From positions 47,226,571 to 47,281,468 of the forward strand of contig NC_068984.1 in assembly GCF_001194135.2 (NCBI RefSeq): 54,898 nt of DNA. The letters are read 5' to 3'. This document shows positions 23,337 to 36,659 of the stretch, in pieces. This DNA is from Octopus bimaculoides (lineage: Eukaryota). Position numbers and translations under genes: made by a program. Within the stretch, counting starts at the first letter, position 1; each line of letters opens with the position of its first letter. Below the pieces are notes generated by a model that worked only from the letters and a program-made list of their open reading frames with translations, was not told the origin of the DNA and made no database searches.

Positions 23337-25140
23337 GACTACGGTGCCCAACTGACCCCAGTCATTTGGGCACCGTCTGTGAGTAAAACATCACCATGAC
23401 GCAATTCACTATGCCAGAAATTTGGAAATGACATGCGTCCGACACCATTACGGTAATGTCGTCCGCATATGCAGACACTGCCCTGCTGAGTCCAGTTTCG
23501 AAAGGGAGGCCTCTTAACTCTTTCAACTTCTGCAGCATTGGTTAGAGAGCCAGCACACACAGAAGAGGTGACAGCAGGCAGCCCTGACAGACCGAACGTG
23601 CGATACTTAACGGTTCCAATATGTAGCCATTTTCTTTGACCACCGAGTAGAGGCTGCTGTGCATTGCAGCAATCCAGCCTCTGAAAATAGGTTCGAAATC
23701 AGCCGCTTTAAGAACGGCTTCCAAGTAGCGGTGGTCTATGCTATAGAAAGCTTTCGGCTGATCTAAATTGATCAGGGCCCCACCAAAACCAGTTTTAGTT
23801 CCAGCTCTCTCTACGGTATATCGCTTAAAGTGGCGGTTGTCGTGGATAGGCCTGTTTGGGATTGTGCACGTTTCTGCCTTCGCGACCAGACTACTAACGA
23901 CAAGTGCCAACCTTTTCGCTGATACATTGACCACACTCTTAAGCCCTGTGTTTAGCAGAGTTACGGGCCAGACATTCACTAGCACGTCCCCCTTGTCAGC
24001 GTCCTGTCTCAGCAGTGTTACCACACCCCGCTAACAGCACTAGGAATTCTCCCGTTCTGTAATTGGTTGTTTTTGTGTTTCTGTGATTTCATGCTATTGT
24101 TGATGGCGTTGCTGTTTTTGAAGCTGCTACTCTTGTTCTTGTTGTTTTTGTTGGAGTCGTTGTGAATTGTTTTGCCGTTGTGGTTTCAGAATATGTTTTT
24201 GTTGATTTCTTGGAGTAGGGCTATGTATTCTCCTCCTCTTTCACCTACCCACTTTTGTCACTGTGATCCATTGATCATTCAGCTCTTCTTTCTCCATGTC
24301 ATTGCATTTGATGCTGGTTTGGGGGGTAAAGAATTCAAGAGAAGCTTGCTTTTCCGTGGCAAATGGTAGTAGACCCCTTCTTTGTCTTGGCTTGGGAGTG
24401 GGTGTGAGCGTGGGTGTGGTTGTGAATGTAGGTCTAGGAGTTTTGAACACTTGTTCATGATTTTGGCAGCAGAAGGAGATTATTTTTTGTTGTTTCAGGG
24501 CAGAAAGCCTTTGAGTTACGGTTACATTTTTGGCATCTTGGCTTTCTACCCTTCACTAACACCGACAGGAGAGTACCATCCGGGGGAACGATTAGATGGA
24601 ATAGCTGTCGATATGATCCTGCTTAGATTGTACTTAGTACTTATACCAAGCCAGTTTTGCTTAGGTATTTTCTTGATCTCCAGTATTGTCACTTCGTTTT
24701 CTTTTAGATCTGCTAGGACGGCCGGCACTAACCAAGTGATGGATATTTCTGGTGGCACATTCAACACCCTAATTTTGACAAGACGTCAGCCGCGGTAGCT
24801 GGTGATTAAGAAGCTGTCATTCTTCAAAGTTGTTGCGGAATGACACCTACCTTCTTCTTCCGTGCCAGATCTTACCTCAATAGTTCCAAACTTCTTTCCT
24901 CGGATGATTTGGATCTTTTGTTCCCCCACGCTCCCGAGGCATTTTTGTATTTCGTTCTCAAGAGCATTTTCCACCTGACGAGACTTGACCCCAGTGCAAC
25001 GGAATATTACTGTGCATCTTAAGATGTTCTCTATCACGTCAGATGGTGAGTTTAAAGTTACTCTTCTACCATTCCTTTTTACAATGTTCCTTACCATTTC
25101 AAAATCTTCATATATTTCATAGTTCTCGCCGCAAACGCAA
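23335..25140 (-). mobile_element. L1/Tx1-clade LINE remnant: decayed ORF1 joined directly to mid-RT, APE domain absent, 3' end truncated
   Basis: RT motifs VVTLLRQ...NVWPVTLLN...GGALINLDQPKAFYSIDHRYL...RSVCQGCLLSPLLCVLAL (23542-24024) and VSAYADDITV (~23450-23475). ORF1 segments at 24786-25097 and 24546-24767, with zinc-knuckle remnant RKPRCQKCNRNSKAFCP (~24495-24545). Confidence 0.92.
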
Positions 25141-25186
25141 AAGAAACGGAGGTGATATTCACGTTTTTATATTTCATTTCTTTCGT

Positions 25187-25285
25187 ATCGTTGTTATTGT
25201 TATTGTTGTTGCTGTTGTTGTCGTCGTCGTCATTGTTGCTGTTGTTGTCACAGCTGCTGCTGTTGCCGTTGTTGTTGGTCCCGTT
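25187..25285 (+). repeat. (GTT/GCT/GTC)n trinucleotide low-complexity tract
   Basis: Direct read; lies immediately 5' of the Tx1-like element on its own strand. Confidence 0.9.
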
Positions 25286-27529
25286 GTCAACACTGAAAGT
25301 TTTGACGTTGCTGAGAGACGAAACATTATTCGCCTCGGTGCGATATCTTTGTTCTCATTTTTGGACAAGGTACACGTTCCTCTGTCGAACATTATGATGG
25401 CTTTTTTGTCAGCCTTTTTAAACAATTAAAGAAAATTGCAAAATATTTGCTTTTGCGAAAGTTTTAAAATTAAAAAGGTATTGATACGTACCCCCTGCAA
25501 AACTGGGTGTTTCTACACAAAAATACGATATATGCAATCCACACAATCTCAGAATTGCAATGGTAACAGGGAAACTTCATAGGTTTACTGAATCTGGCAA
25601 ATGTGATAGACTTTTAGAATACGTATAATCATTTCCACGTTTATATCTCAGGAAAACCTTTGTGAAGCTTGACCGAAATCATAACCAATAAAATAAATAT
25701 CATCCACACCATTAGATGAATTCAAGGAGCAACGCCCTAGTTTTTCACTAGTATGGCTGTTATGCCAAAGTTAGGACAATTAATGTAAAGGACAATGAAC
25801 CAGTACAAAATGCAGAATGTATACTGTGCAGCCCTTTCTTTCATAGCCTTATGATTGGAGTTTAAATAATTTTGGCGCTGCTTAGATAATGCTTTCTTTC
25901 TTCTCTGGACTGATGAAATACGAAACCTTGTTAAGATAGAATCAAGCTTATATTACGCTCTCCTAGAAATGTGCATTAGTGTGGCTTTGTAAGTTATCTG
26001 CATTGGACAATAAAACGATTTCAAGATTTCATTTCTTTACAAATTATTAGATTCGTTTTGTTTTACTCTGCGCAACAGGTATATTGTGTTTTACCTACAT
26101 TTCTCAGTACCCATAGGAAAGTAATTCTTGTAAGATAATTTCAAATGGAAATTGAAACTAGAATATCATCTTTTTCACTCGTAGTTTCTTTTCACTTCAA
26201 AGTATACTCATCTCTCAGAATAATGTAAACGGAGAATAAAGCATTAAAACATCAGATACGATAGAGGCAGCATCAAATTTTATACATCACACAGATTGGT
26301 TGTGTCTCCCTACATTTTATGATTAAATTCCATTTGGTTTAGCAGCTCACAAAGTCACTGTATAAATTTTCTGTCTCTTTTTGCCACAATTATAACGATT
26401 ACTGCATCACCGGTTATCCCTCTATGTACCACCATGCAATCTATGTGCCAATTATACAAACCTTCCTGGTCTGACTGTCTCATCACCGTCCCCCTTCTCT
26501 CTCAATCGCCAAATCCCTACATTTGACATTTCCTCTAGAACTTTTTCCCCTAAAACTTTAACCCAAGAACTCCTTCTTTTGAGGGCCTGCAAAGAGTAAT
26601 AACACTAAAACTCAAAAAATGCTCATTAAATGAAATGTCTGTTACGCATTGGAGTCATTATATTCAGTTGTGTAGCTCTCTTGGGATTTTTGTGTCGATT
26701 ATAGAATTTTTTTTTTCTCACGAATCAAATCTGGTTTCTTTCATTAGACTAATGCGAAGATTGGTTAATTAAATCCCATTATATATTTATAGAAGTAGCA
26801 GGAAACAAAATATATTTCGGCTCGATTTCATCTGAGTAAAGAGGACATAGCACTACTTTGCCATTTCAGTTAGTCTACTACGCTTATATAAGAAACCAAT
26901 ATTAAGGTTATTCTAAATGTTACTGTAATGATGCATGGATTTCATTTTACCGTCATAAACTGTTATTCCCAAGTCCATATACCCATACTTTCTCATCTAT
27001 TCAGAGATAATAAATGCCTTTGCTTAATCTGTCTGAGAGATTGTAATATTTTCCTTTTAATGTATAGCATTATATGATAAATTGCAACATTTATGTAGCC
27101 AAATGTGATACATAATTAGTTTGAAGCTTTCCTATATTTAATTTCACCGCGAAGAGTAATATGTTACTCTACGTATCTTGTATTCTAAAGATCACATATT
27201 TCATTTTCTTCTTAACATGTTGTTTATGAGAAATAAAACATATTTTTATGGTATGAGTGTGTGTGTATATATTAGTGTATGCATGTTTGTACGTACGTAT
27301 GTATGCAAGTAGGTACGTATTTATGTCTGTACATATGTATGTACTTTTCATTATTCTCGATTAATTTTGACTAGCCACCTGCTTGGTAGTAAGGTTATGT
27401 TAAACGTTCGCAGGTGTCGTTCAATTACTTCTTCTCGCAGCCCGAGAAAGATTTTCATTCATCCAATCATCCAGTCACCACCACAGACCAGACCAACAGC
27501 CTTCCGACCGTGACATGCACCAGGGTGAG

Positions 27530-27738
27530 AGTATATATTCCTATCCTTAAGGGTATCGTGAAACACCTGGCTGGAGGCCCAACATTCCGAATTCTTTTGT
27601 AGGGCTTAGAAAAATTGAAGCACCACTGCAATACGAGTGTGAATCTGAGCGGGGAATGTGTTTAATAAAATCATAATTAACTTATCCTCCTGTATTTTCC
27701 TTTACACAAAGCCAGGAACTTTTCAGCACCTCATCGTA
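27530..27738 (+). mobile_element. Mariner transposase 3' end and right TIR
   Basis: gggcttagaaaaattgaagcaccactgcaatacgagtgtgaatctgagcggggaatgtgtttaa reads GLEKLKHHCNTSVNLSGECV*, resembling GLEKLEHRWNKCVDLRGEYVE*. It is followed by aaagccaggaacttttcagcacctcatcgTA. Confidence 0.7.
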
Positions 27739-27759
27739 TATTTATGTATGAGTCTTTGT

Positions 27760-27920
27760 GTCTCTGTTTGTCCCCTATCACCACTTGACAACCGGTGTTA
27801 GTGTGTTTACGTCAGCGTAACTCAGCAGTTCAACAAGAGGGGCCAATATAATAGGTACCTGGTTTTAAAAATTAAGTACTGGGGTCAATTCATTCAACTG
27901 AAGATTCTTCTAGGTGATAC
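27760..27920 (+). mobile_element. SINE family A 3' half
   Basis: cacttgacaaccggtgttagtgtgtttacgtc...gtactggggtcaattcattcaact is the reverse complement of the 1480-1660 segment. Confidence 0.75.
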
Positions 27921-27924
27921 CCGG

Positions 27925-28095
27925 GTAAAATGCTTAGCGATATTTCATCCATCTTTACGTTCTACCGAGACCAACTTTGTCTTTCATTCTTTCGGAGGTC
28001 GATGAAATATGTACCAGTAGAGTACTAGGGTTGATATAATCGACCAGCCCTATTAAACCAAAATTTCAGGCCTTGTGCTTGTAGTAGAAAGGATT
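27925..28095 (+). mobile_element. SINE family B, decayed
   Basis: aaatgcttagcgatatttc...ctttgtctttcattctttcggaggtcgatgaaatatgtaccagt...aaaatttcaggccttgtgc. Confidence 0.75.
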
Positions 28096-29686
28096 AATTC
28101 ATTATTGTCTTCCTTTCGCCTCAGATCACTATAAATTTCTTTCCGTTCCCTCTATATCTCAACCCTTCTGACAAATTGTAAATTCTTAATTTATTATGAG
28201 GCTTTTTTGTTATTCTTAAAACACATTATAATACAATTCTCCACCCCTCGCTTATACTCACCCCACCACCTTATTAGTCTGTGCATGTATCGTATTGCGT
28301 ATTCGTTCTTTCTATCCGTCCTCTCTTTTACCTTGCCATTCAGCACTCCTACTTCATCTGATATAGCCATTGCTGCCATTTCATTCTTTTTTAACTGACG
28401 TGGGTCTTGTTATAAATTTGATTAAGCCATCTTCATACTTGCCTTCTTCCCTCCTTGTACCATTCCTACATTACTCGTACCCTTTTCTAACTAACAGTCC
28501 ACACTTTCGTTATATCAGTCCGTTCACATACCCACCTTTAGTTCTTTCATTGCTTCTTTCGCAGTCTCTACAGCTTTTACGTGATAAATTAAACAGTTAA
28601 AATCCCTCTTCCCCGAATCAGTGTTAGGATACTTCTACGTGATCGTTTGAACTGCTAGAAATAGCATCCAATCCTTAAAATTATATCCTGTAATCTAAAA
28701 GTAGAAATCATATATTGGACAAAATAATTATAATATTCAAAAACGATTGAATGGTCACGGGTGGAAAGCTTTTGGTTATATATGTACTCGATTAAGCCTC
28801 ACCAGAGCCTAAAGAACCTATAAAAATGTCTCTAATTAACCAATCAACATGCTAGAAACAACAAAGCCTTCCTAAAAATATTACTCTTATGTCCTATAAA
28901 CGATTGAAAATGCTTGATAGTGTAGTTTTATGTACACAACTTGACGAGATAGTCAGGCCTGGAAAATTATTGAAGCATACGTCTACTCAATCTTGGCTGA
29001 CCTGGAGCAAAACTATTACAATTCAATCTCACTCACTGGAAGATACAGATGTCTGTTATGTTTTCGAGGCAATAAACTAAGTTATCACGAACACCTTCGA
29101 TGTTTCTTGGTCACAAGCCAAGCTCAGAATAGGTTTTCTGTTGAACGACACCTATATTAAACTATTAACCTTTCTTTTTTTTTGATATTGCTGCTAATAA
29201 AACAAATAAGATGGATAGACCAACGCACTAAGTATAGAAAGGAATTTAGCTTTCTCTCGTATATGTTCCGTTGCAATGGTAACAGCAATTTATATTCAAG
29301 GGGTATTGGAAATCAATGAATTCAGGGAACAAAATAGTGTTTAATTAGATTTATAAGCATTGTAAATCCAAGGATCAGTATCAACGAGAAACCAAAGGAA
29401 AAAGAAATTTAAGAAAATACTTTCCTTCCAGCCTATATTTACGAATCAATGCTTAAATTGCTTCAAATTACTATTTTGCCAATAAATTCTCACTGGTATA
29501 TGTGTATGAGAGCATGCGTGTGTTTGTACGTGTTTGTGTGTGTGTCCTTGTATATGCCTTTACACAGACATATATACATATGCGCATATACATACACACA
29601 CACAAACACACAAACACGCACACACACACACATATATATATAGAATATATATACGTACAGACATTATATTAGTTATATAAGTGTGT

Positions 29687-29717
<31 letters not shown>

Positions 29718-29747
29718 CGTGCGTGTGCGTGTGCGTATGTGTGGGGG

Positions 29748-30096
29748 GGAGGCGCAATGGCTCAGTAGTTAGGGCAGCGGACTTGCAGTAGTAGGATCTC
29801 GGTTTCGACTCCCAGACCGGGCGTTGTGAGTGTTTATTGAACGAAAACACCTAAAACTCTACGAGGCTCCGGCAGAGGTGGGTGAACCCTGCTGTACTCT
29901 TTCAGCAAAACTTTTTCACACTCTTTCTTCCTGTTTCTATTGTCACACTCTGTGTCACGCTGAATCTCCTCGAGAACTAAGTTAAGGGTACACGTGTCAG
30001 TGGAGTGCTCAGCCACATGCACGTTAATTTCACGAGTAGCCTGTTTTGTTGATCGGGATCAACTGGAACTCTCGTCGTCGTGAACGAAGGAGTGCC
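29748..30096 (+). mobile_element. tRNA-derived SINE family C, full length
   Basis: Head ggaggcgcaatggctcagtagttagggcagcggac...ggtttcgactcccagacc (A/B boxes). Matches 49676-50057 over its whole length. Confidence 0.92.
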
Positions 30097-30099
30097 GTG

Positions 30100-30143
<44 letters not shown>

Positions 30144-30144
<1 letters not shown>

Positions 30145-30807
30145 AAGATATTATTAATAATAAATAATAGCAACAATAATAATATAAGCGGCCAATAAGC
30201 ATTAAAACTAAGAAGGCTAATTTATAAATTTATAATTAATTATTAATTATAATTGAGGGTACACGAAGTACCAGCTTTGCGAGAAATAACAGTCGAAAAA
30301 TACTCAAATAAGCCACCATTTCACTGAAAATACTACAGGCTGACGAAAATCGAGGGACGAACAAAATTTAACTTACCATTGCGGCTGAAAGTCGCAAATG
30401 AGGATCACGCAAATGAGGATCAGTAGGTCTCGCTGATAGCCAAGGGTTAAATATATGCTCGCTTCGTCATGCCTGTCAAGATCGTTGAAAGATCAGCGCC
30501 AATTTCAAACGATATGAGAGCATAATTATACATAAATAAATAAAGATACTATTATTATTATTATTATTATTAATAATAATAATAATAACAGCCACAATAA
30601 TAATATAAATAGCCAGAAAGCATTAATATTAAATTAGAAATTTATAAATTTACCTTTTTGGCAATAATGCTTGCTGGTACATATTTTGGTCAGCCTGTTG
30701 CATTTTCAGTGAAATGGTGGTTTATTCGAGTATTTTTCGATTCTTATTTCTAGCAACGTTGGTACTTCGTGTACCCTCAATCATAATAAATAATTAATTA
30801 TAAATTT
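30144..30807. repeat. Composite element with 125-bp inverted arms, ~90-bp direct repeats and a piggyBac-like TTAA-CCC end
   Basis: Inverted arms 30226-30350 / 30683-30807; direct repeats 30144-30231 / 30542-30651; ccaaggg|ttaa at 30440-30450; 15-bp tandem cgcaaatgaggatca x2 at 30393-30422. Confidence 0.85.
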
Positions 30808-32719
30808 TTATATATATATACATATACACGTTCATGTGTTTGAGTGTGTGTTATACACACACAAGACTTGATAAAATGGCTGAAAACATAGACACTCTTG
30901 CAGACATGCTCATAAATATGTGTGTTCTCATGTGTGTGCGTGTGTATGTTCACAGATGTGTGTGTATTTTGTTTGAATATGACTGTACGTTTGTGCGTTA
31001 TAAGTTCTGCAAAAATGAAACACTCTAAATTTAAAGCAAGCTACACACTGAAATAAATATATAACAGTCCCTATCTTGTCTGGATGCGTTCCTATTTCTA
31101 GGAGTCAGATTTTCATAAAAATCTAAAGAAACGCTACGCCTCCATCAGCGGAGCTTTAACCTTTAGCACACTGCATTTACTCTAGAACTGTTTCCCCTGC
31201 CGCTACTCTGTTACCATAGGGGAGAAAACGCATATGGTGACATGATGCACCAACAGTGTGTTAAAGGATAAAGAGATTCGTATGAGGACTTTACTGTTGA
31301 TACACACTGTAGTGAGGAAAACAGTATAAGAAAACAGTCGAGACATCCTAACTTACATTTAATTTGCTTAGTCAATTTTTATATATGTCACAATTCACCG
31401 AAATTAACGTTCAAATTACAATATAAAATCACTTTAAAGAAATGGGTAATTATAAGTATAAACGCTTCACAATTATAACATAATTTTATCGGAAACAACT
31501 AGGATAATGTTTATTGTAAGTGGAAGAAAAAAATCATGTTTAGAGCAAAAATATAATGATGAGCAGAAGCAACATAACAGATAAAAATAATTCTGTAGCG
31601 ATTTATTGTAATGAATATGTAATTACAGTTCTTTTTGTTAATGTGTGTTAATTTCATTTAGTGCTTAACTTATCGCATTGTACGAAAGAAATCTTTCCGT
31701 AATTATTGCAAAATATTGATCACCATCATTACTTTATACGCGCGCGCGTATGCACACACGCACACCCACATATATATATGCGCATGTTTATTTGTATATA
31801 TGACAGTATGAGTACGTATCTATGTATTTATACGTATGTACATGTGTGTGCATCTGTGTTTATATATGTGTGTGTTTGTGCATGTGTGTGAATATGTGTG
31901 TGTTTGTGTGTGTTTGTGTGTTTGTGTGTTTGTGTGTGTTTGTGTGTGTGTGTGTGTGCGTGTTCGTGTACATCAAACCACACACTATGTATATGCGCTC
32001 TTTCCAAAGCATTGTGTCATGAACTGAAAATAGAAAAGTTTCTCATAAATGCCTTTCCTGTTGGCATCGATAACATTTTTTCCTCATTTATATTAAAACT
32101 GTCGGCTAACGAGCTGTAACTAAAGCATCATAAAATGAATCATACTGTTTCTATGAAAACTTTAATGCATAGTTCAGTTTCATCTCATTATTCCTGTATT
32201 CTTAATGAACTATTAAAATCCAGTAACTGTTGGAGATCTAAAAATACATAAAGGCAATGAATAAATGAAACTCTGCCTTTCTCGGTGATGTGCACTCAAG
32301 TCTTTAATCACTTGAATTACTTGCTAAATGAATTATCATACAAGTCGCTGAGTTGACTAGTGTTATGTGCACCCTTATGCTAATCCTCAGGTAGAGTCAA
32401 TGTTATGCATTGTGCGATAGGGTTATATCGTTTGAGGCTTACAGATACAATACCGCCGACGGTTTTCCAAACTGTTTCAGTTAACTTATTTGTGCTTACA
32501 GGATACAGTTCAACCCGGAGGGCTATGGTAAATGAAAATAAGTCTAAAGTCTACGCAGTGAGATCGAATCTGGGACTTCATGATCAGAGCCAGCTTTAGG
32601 AGGTGCCGGGTGCAATTGGGAACAATTTTGGTGGGCCCCAGATTCCCAGTCAACTTACACCAAGGTCTATAAAATCATGAAAAATATTAAAATGTCTATT
32701 ATGCCGAACCATGCCGAAC

Positions 32720-32799
32720 CAGACGGGTGCCAAACTTAGCCCCTGGCATGTTGGCCACTGTCAAACCGTCCAACCCATGCCAGTATGGAAAACGTTGAC

Positions 32800-32859
<60 letters not shown>
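32720..32859 (+). mobile_element. SINE 3' end with (GAT)n tail
   Basis: aaaccgtccaacccatgccagtatggaaaacg followed by (gat)n, which is typical of RTE-partnered SINE tails. Confidence 0.7.
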
Positions 32860-33359
32860 NNNNNNNNNNNNNNNNNNNNNNNNNNNNNNNNNNNNNNNNN
32901 NNNNNNNNNNNNNNNNNNNNNNNNNNNNNNNNNNNNNNNNNNNNNNNNNNNNNNNNNNNNNNNNNNNNNNNNNNNNNNNNNNNNNNNNNNNNNNNNNNNN
33001 NNNNNNNNNNNNNNNNNNNNNNNNNNNNNNNNNNNNNNNNNNNNNNNNNNNNNNNNNNNNNNNNNNNNNNNNNNNNNNNNNNNNNNNNNNNNNNNNNNNN
33101 NNNNNNNNNNNNNNNNNNNNNNNNNNNNNNNNNNNNNNNNNNNNNNNNNNNNNNNNNNNNNNNNNNNNNNNNNNNNNNNNNNNNNNNNNNNNNNNNNNNN
33201 NNNNNNNNNNNNNNNNNNNNNNNNNNNNNNNNNNNNNNNNNNNNNNNNNNNNNNNNNNNNNNNNNNNNNNNNNNNNNNNNNNNNNNNNNNNNNNNNNNNN
33301 NNNNNNNNNNNNNNNNNNNNNNNNNNNNNNNNNNNNNNNNNNNNNNNNNNNNNNNNNNN

Positions 33360-33401
<42 letters not shown>

Positions 33402-33689
33402 ATGGATGGATGGGTGGCTGGATAGATGTGTATATAAACAGTCAGACCCATGACGTTAAATGCAAAACAACCCCCGCTAAAACACCTATTTCAACTGCCA
33501 TATCTTAACGAGACTATTATGGAAATCATAAAGAACACCTGAATTTGGGAAATGTCTAGTGTGGTGCCGTTCCTCAATATTTTAACCATAATAAATTCAA
33601 TGCAATTTTGTGTAATTTATCATAGATAATTACTTATGCACAAGGTTACTCGAAGCCAAGCAATACCGAAACAACTGGAAGAAATAATG

Positions 33690-33825
33690 GTTTCAAATTT
33701 TGACACAAGGCCAGCAAGTTCGGAGAAGGTTGGAAGTCGATTACATCGCCACCCCCTCCAACTGATAATTGTTTTATCGACCCCAGAATGGATGATGTGG
33801 CTAAGCATTTTTCCCGATATGCCAA
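33690..33825 (-). mobile_element. SINE family B, decayed
   Basis: aaattttgacacaaggccagcaag...tttatcgaccccagaatggatg...ctaagcattttt. Confidence 0.7.
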
Positions 33826-34549
33826 CCATTCTTCCAATCGCTGCCTTGTAATTGTAAGCAGTATTAACCTTATACTCTGCTTGCATCTTCGCTTCATCCT
33901 TACTTTATATTTTACTCTCCGAAAATGCATACCAGTTCACCCTATAAGCTTTAGGTACCTGGATTTCCTGCACCAGTTGATTAGATTGGATATTTATATA
34001 CGTATTGCAATCTCAAAAAGTGATAAATTAGCCTTCAAATGAGTGACCACTATAGAGTGGTGATTCCCATTACATTTACAGGCGTGTCCAGATTGGTTAG
34101 ATTTAATGGTAGACATCCATCCTGAAAACATTTGCAGATCAATATCTGTTTAAAGCTTCCAGAACAAAAGAGTTATGGTGCTAAACAGGGAAATCGGTAA
34201 GATCTAATTCGGAAAAAAAATATTTGTGGTCCTTTGCCACAAATCCTGACCTGTATAATTCAGAAAAAGACCGAGAACACATTATCTTAATAGTTTGTGA
34301 ATCATTCAAAACATTTCGGAGCCAACAGAATAAACATGTGAGATAATATATACTCCTTTTAAATGTAAAATGAATATTTCAGGACAAACAGGGTAGATTT
34401 TCATTCTGATTTTCAACTTCGTGTCTCAATTTCTCATTAATATGTATAGCTGGGCTTTCTTCTTTCCATTTTCACTTTTTCTTATCCTAAATTTAGTACT
34501 AATCATTGTGTATTTTATTTATTACAGCTTACATATGATCGTAGTTTGG

Positions 34550-34715
34550 CCAAATGCTTAAGAAATTCGCTTTAATCACAAGGTTCTGTGTTCGATCCAT
34601 TCAGCAGCATCTTGGGTAAATGTCATTTTCTATAGCCTCAGGTCGGTCCATGATTTCTGAGTTTGACAGAAACTGTATAGAAGCACGGAAACTGTATAGA
34701 AGCACACTGGATGGA
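34550..34715 (+). mobile_element. SINE family A head remnant
   Basis: ggttctgtgttcgatcc...catcttgggtaaatgtcattttctatagcctcaggtcg...gacagaaactgtatagaagc. Confidence 0.6.
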
Positions 34716-35789
34716 TTGTATCTGTAATTTAAGTGTTCAGCCTTATCACACATTGAAGGACTAATTCCACCTTACCCACTTGTACACTTATTCGGTGATT
34801 TTGGTAGTTTACTTGATTGAATTACTATAATCTTACCGTAGGATCCGTTCACCGAAAGCCATTATTTAAATTATCATTTTTATCTCTACTTTTAATAGTT
34901 CCTGTGCTAAACTTAATTAGAGCGTTTCTTTAATTTTCATTGAGCTAATGGCCATTTAAACGTAGCCGATTACTGTACTTTTAGTTAATTTATTCGTCAA
35001 TTCTTAAACTGCTGCTGCTTACAACGGTCACTTATAAGAATCTACCATCTCTATACTTGATGAGTGCTAAGTCTCTTTTCCATGCACATTTCAGAGCCGG
35101 TAACGGTGTACAGAACATTGATATCCCTTCCTTTTCACTTTCGACTTGGAAATCTTCTCTCGCAAAATTTCTCGTAAATAAACATGAAGTCTAAATAAAA
35201 ATTGTTTCTAAATCACATCTAGTGATGCACAGAGTGGTTTGTTCCACATGATCTGCAAACAAGCTCTAGTATTTCCGCAACGTTTATCATTTTGAAGAGT
35301 TAAACTTGTGTATTTATCACCAGTAAGTGCTTTCAAGACATTTAATTTTTGCAGCAATATCCCAAGAGCTGACACATACAAGAACGAATAGAGGGGACAA
35401 TAGGAGCAAAGAAACCAGAGACAGAGATAAAATATAGTACGTGTAATGCTACATTGTTCTGATAAGCAGACATTTATCCTGACCACTAAGAAAATATTGC
35501 TGTTAAATGAAGCGTTCCCACTTTTGAACTCGTTTTCGATGTTGTATGGACAGCCTCTATACGGTGACAGTTATAGCTGTACTTATGGGACAAATTGCTC
35601 CTTGCGTCACTTATAATGATTTGGAAATATTGATTATTTAGATTTAATATCTATTTATTATAAGAACTATTGGGAGGGCAGACTGCCGACTGTCAAAACG
35701 CTTAAGTTTGATCAAAACCTTACTAAGGCTATTATTTTTTCTACCAGTTAATTTCTAGAAACTTCCAGGGGAACTAGCAGAAACTTTAG

Positions 35790-35965
35790 AGAATAGAAGA
35801 ACCTGCTCGCTTGTATTTGTTTCGGCCCTTTACACTCTAAGTTCAAAAGCTTCTGAGGTCAACTTTATCATTCATTTGTCCAGGGTAGATAAAATAAAGT
35901 ACCAGTCAATAATATAAGTTTACTCTGCTCAAAATATTTGGACTTTTGACTAAACCAGGAATTAT
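35790..35965 (+). mobile_element. SINE family B, decayed
   Basis: ctctaagttcaaaag...gaggtcaactttatcattcat...gataaaataaagtaccagtc. Confidence 0.65.
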
Positions 35966-36659
35966 TGTTGATTTTGTTGATGTTGCTGTTGTTTACTACC
36001 AAAAATGGAAGTGCTTTGTAAGATTCATGAGTTTGTGCTTTGCTATCCTCTTTAGAAGCTTGTTTTATTAATTCGATTGTCCTATCTTCTTTCTTAGTTC
36101 ACTATGACTATAAAGGACTGATTGATTATTTTTACTACTCACCCTCCAGGACAACATTTTAAGACAAAGAAAAAATTTTGAAACATTGAAAAAATGCTGA
36201 AAATATCTTTGACAGTCCGTCGTCTCTGACAGCCAGTCAGCAAAAGAAAAGATGGGAAAAGGTTTTGAAGGCAAGTCGTCTTTGGCAGTCATCTTTTACT
36301 ACACAATTATAAGCGTAGTTATAAATGAAAATAGTAGCAAAAAAAATTAGTAGAAACAACTACAACTACAACAACAACAGCGACAACAACAGTTGCAGCA
36401 GCACGAATAATGACATGTCAAACAAAGAAACTTGCTAAATCACTAGCATAAAAATAAACTGCATTACCTCCACACTTGCAACAATCTAACTGCACAAAAA
36501 AATAAATACCATGACCCCCAATAAAGCAGTTACAGCAGCAGCAACGATGATACTAAGAACGGCAGCAGCAATGAAAACATAACAAATATTATTTCTTTTA
36601 CCATGGTCACTAACATTTTCAAATCTCAATAATCAGTAGACATATATAATTAGAAGAAG

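Noticed and set aside
25285-25429. Protein-like stretch TESFDVAERRNIIRLGAISLFSFLDKVHVPLSNIMMAFLSAFLNN
   Set aside because: The ORF is opened by a microsatellite, there is no convincing acceptor, and I recognise no family.
25905-25945. CTGATGA...GAAA hammerhead-like core
   Set aside because: No stem I or stem II complementarity, so it is a chance match.
28194-28560. Purine-rich minus-strand segment resembling a decayed RTE-type RT (also 2010-2400)
   Set aside because: Only isolated hints such as KEAMKELKVG are visible, too few motifs to call without a profile search.
29748-29825. tRNA gene (also 49985-50057 and 1865-1939)
   Set aside because: A/B-box-like heads continue into multi-copy SINE bodies, and no complete cloverleaf with acceptor stem and terminator is evident.
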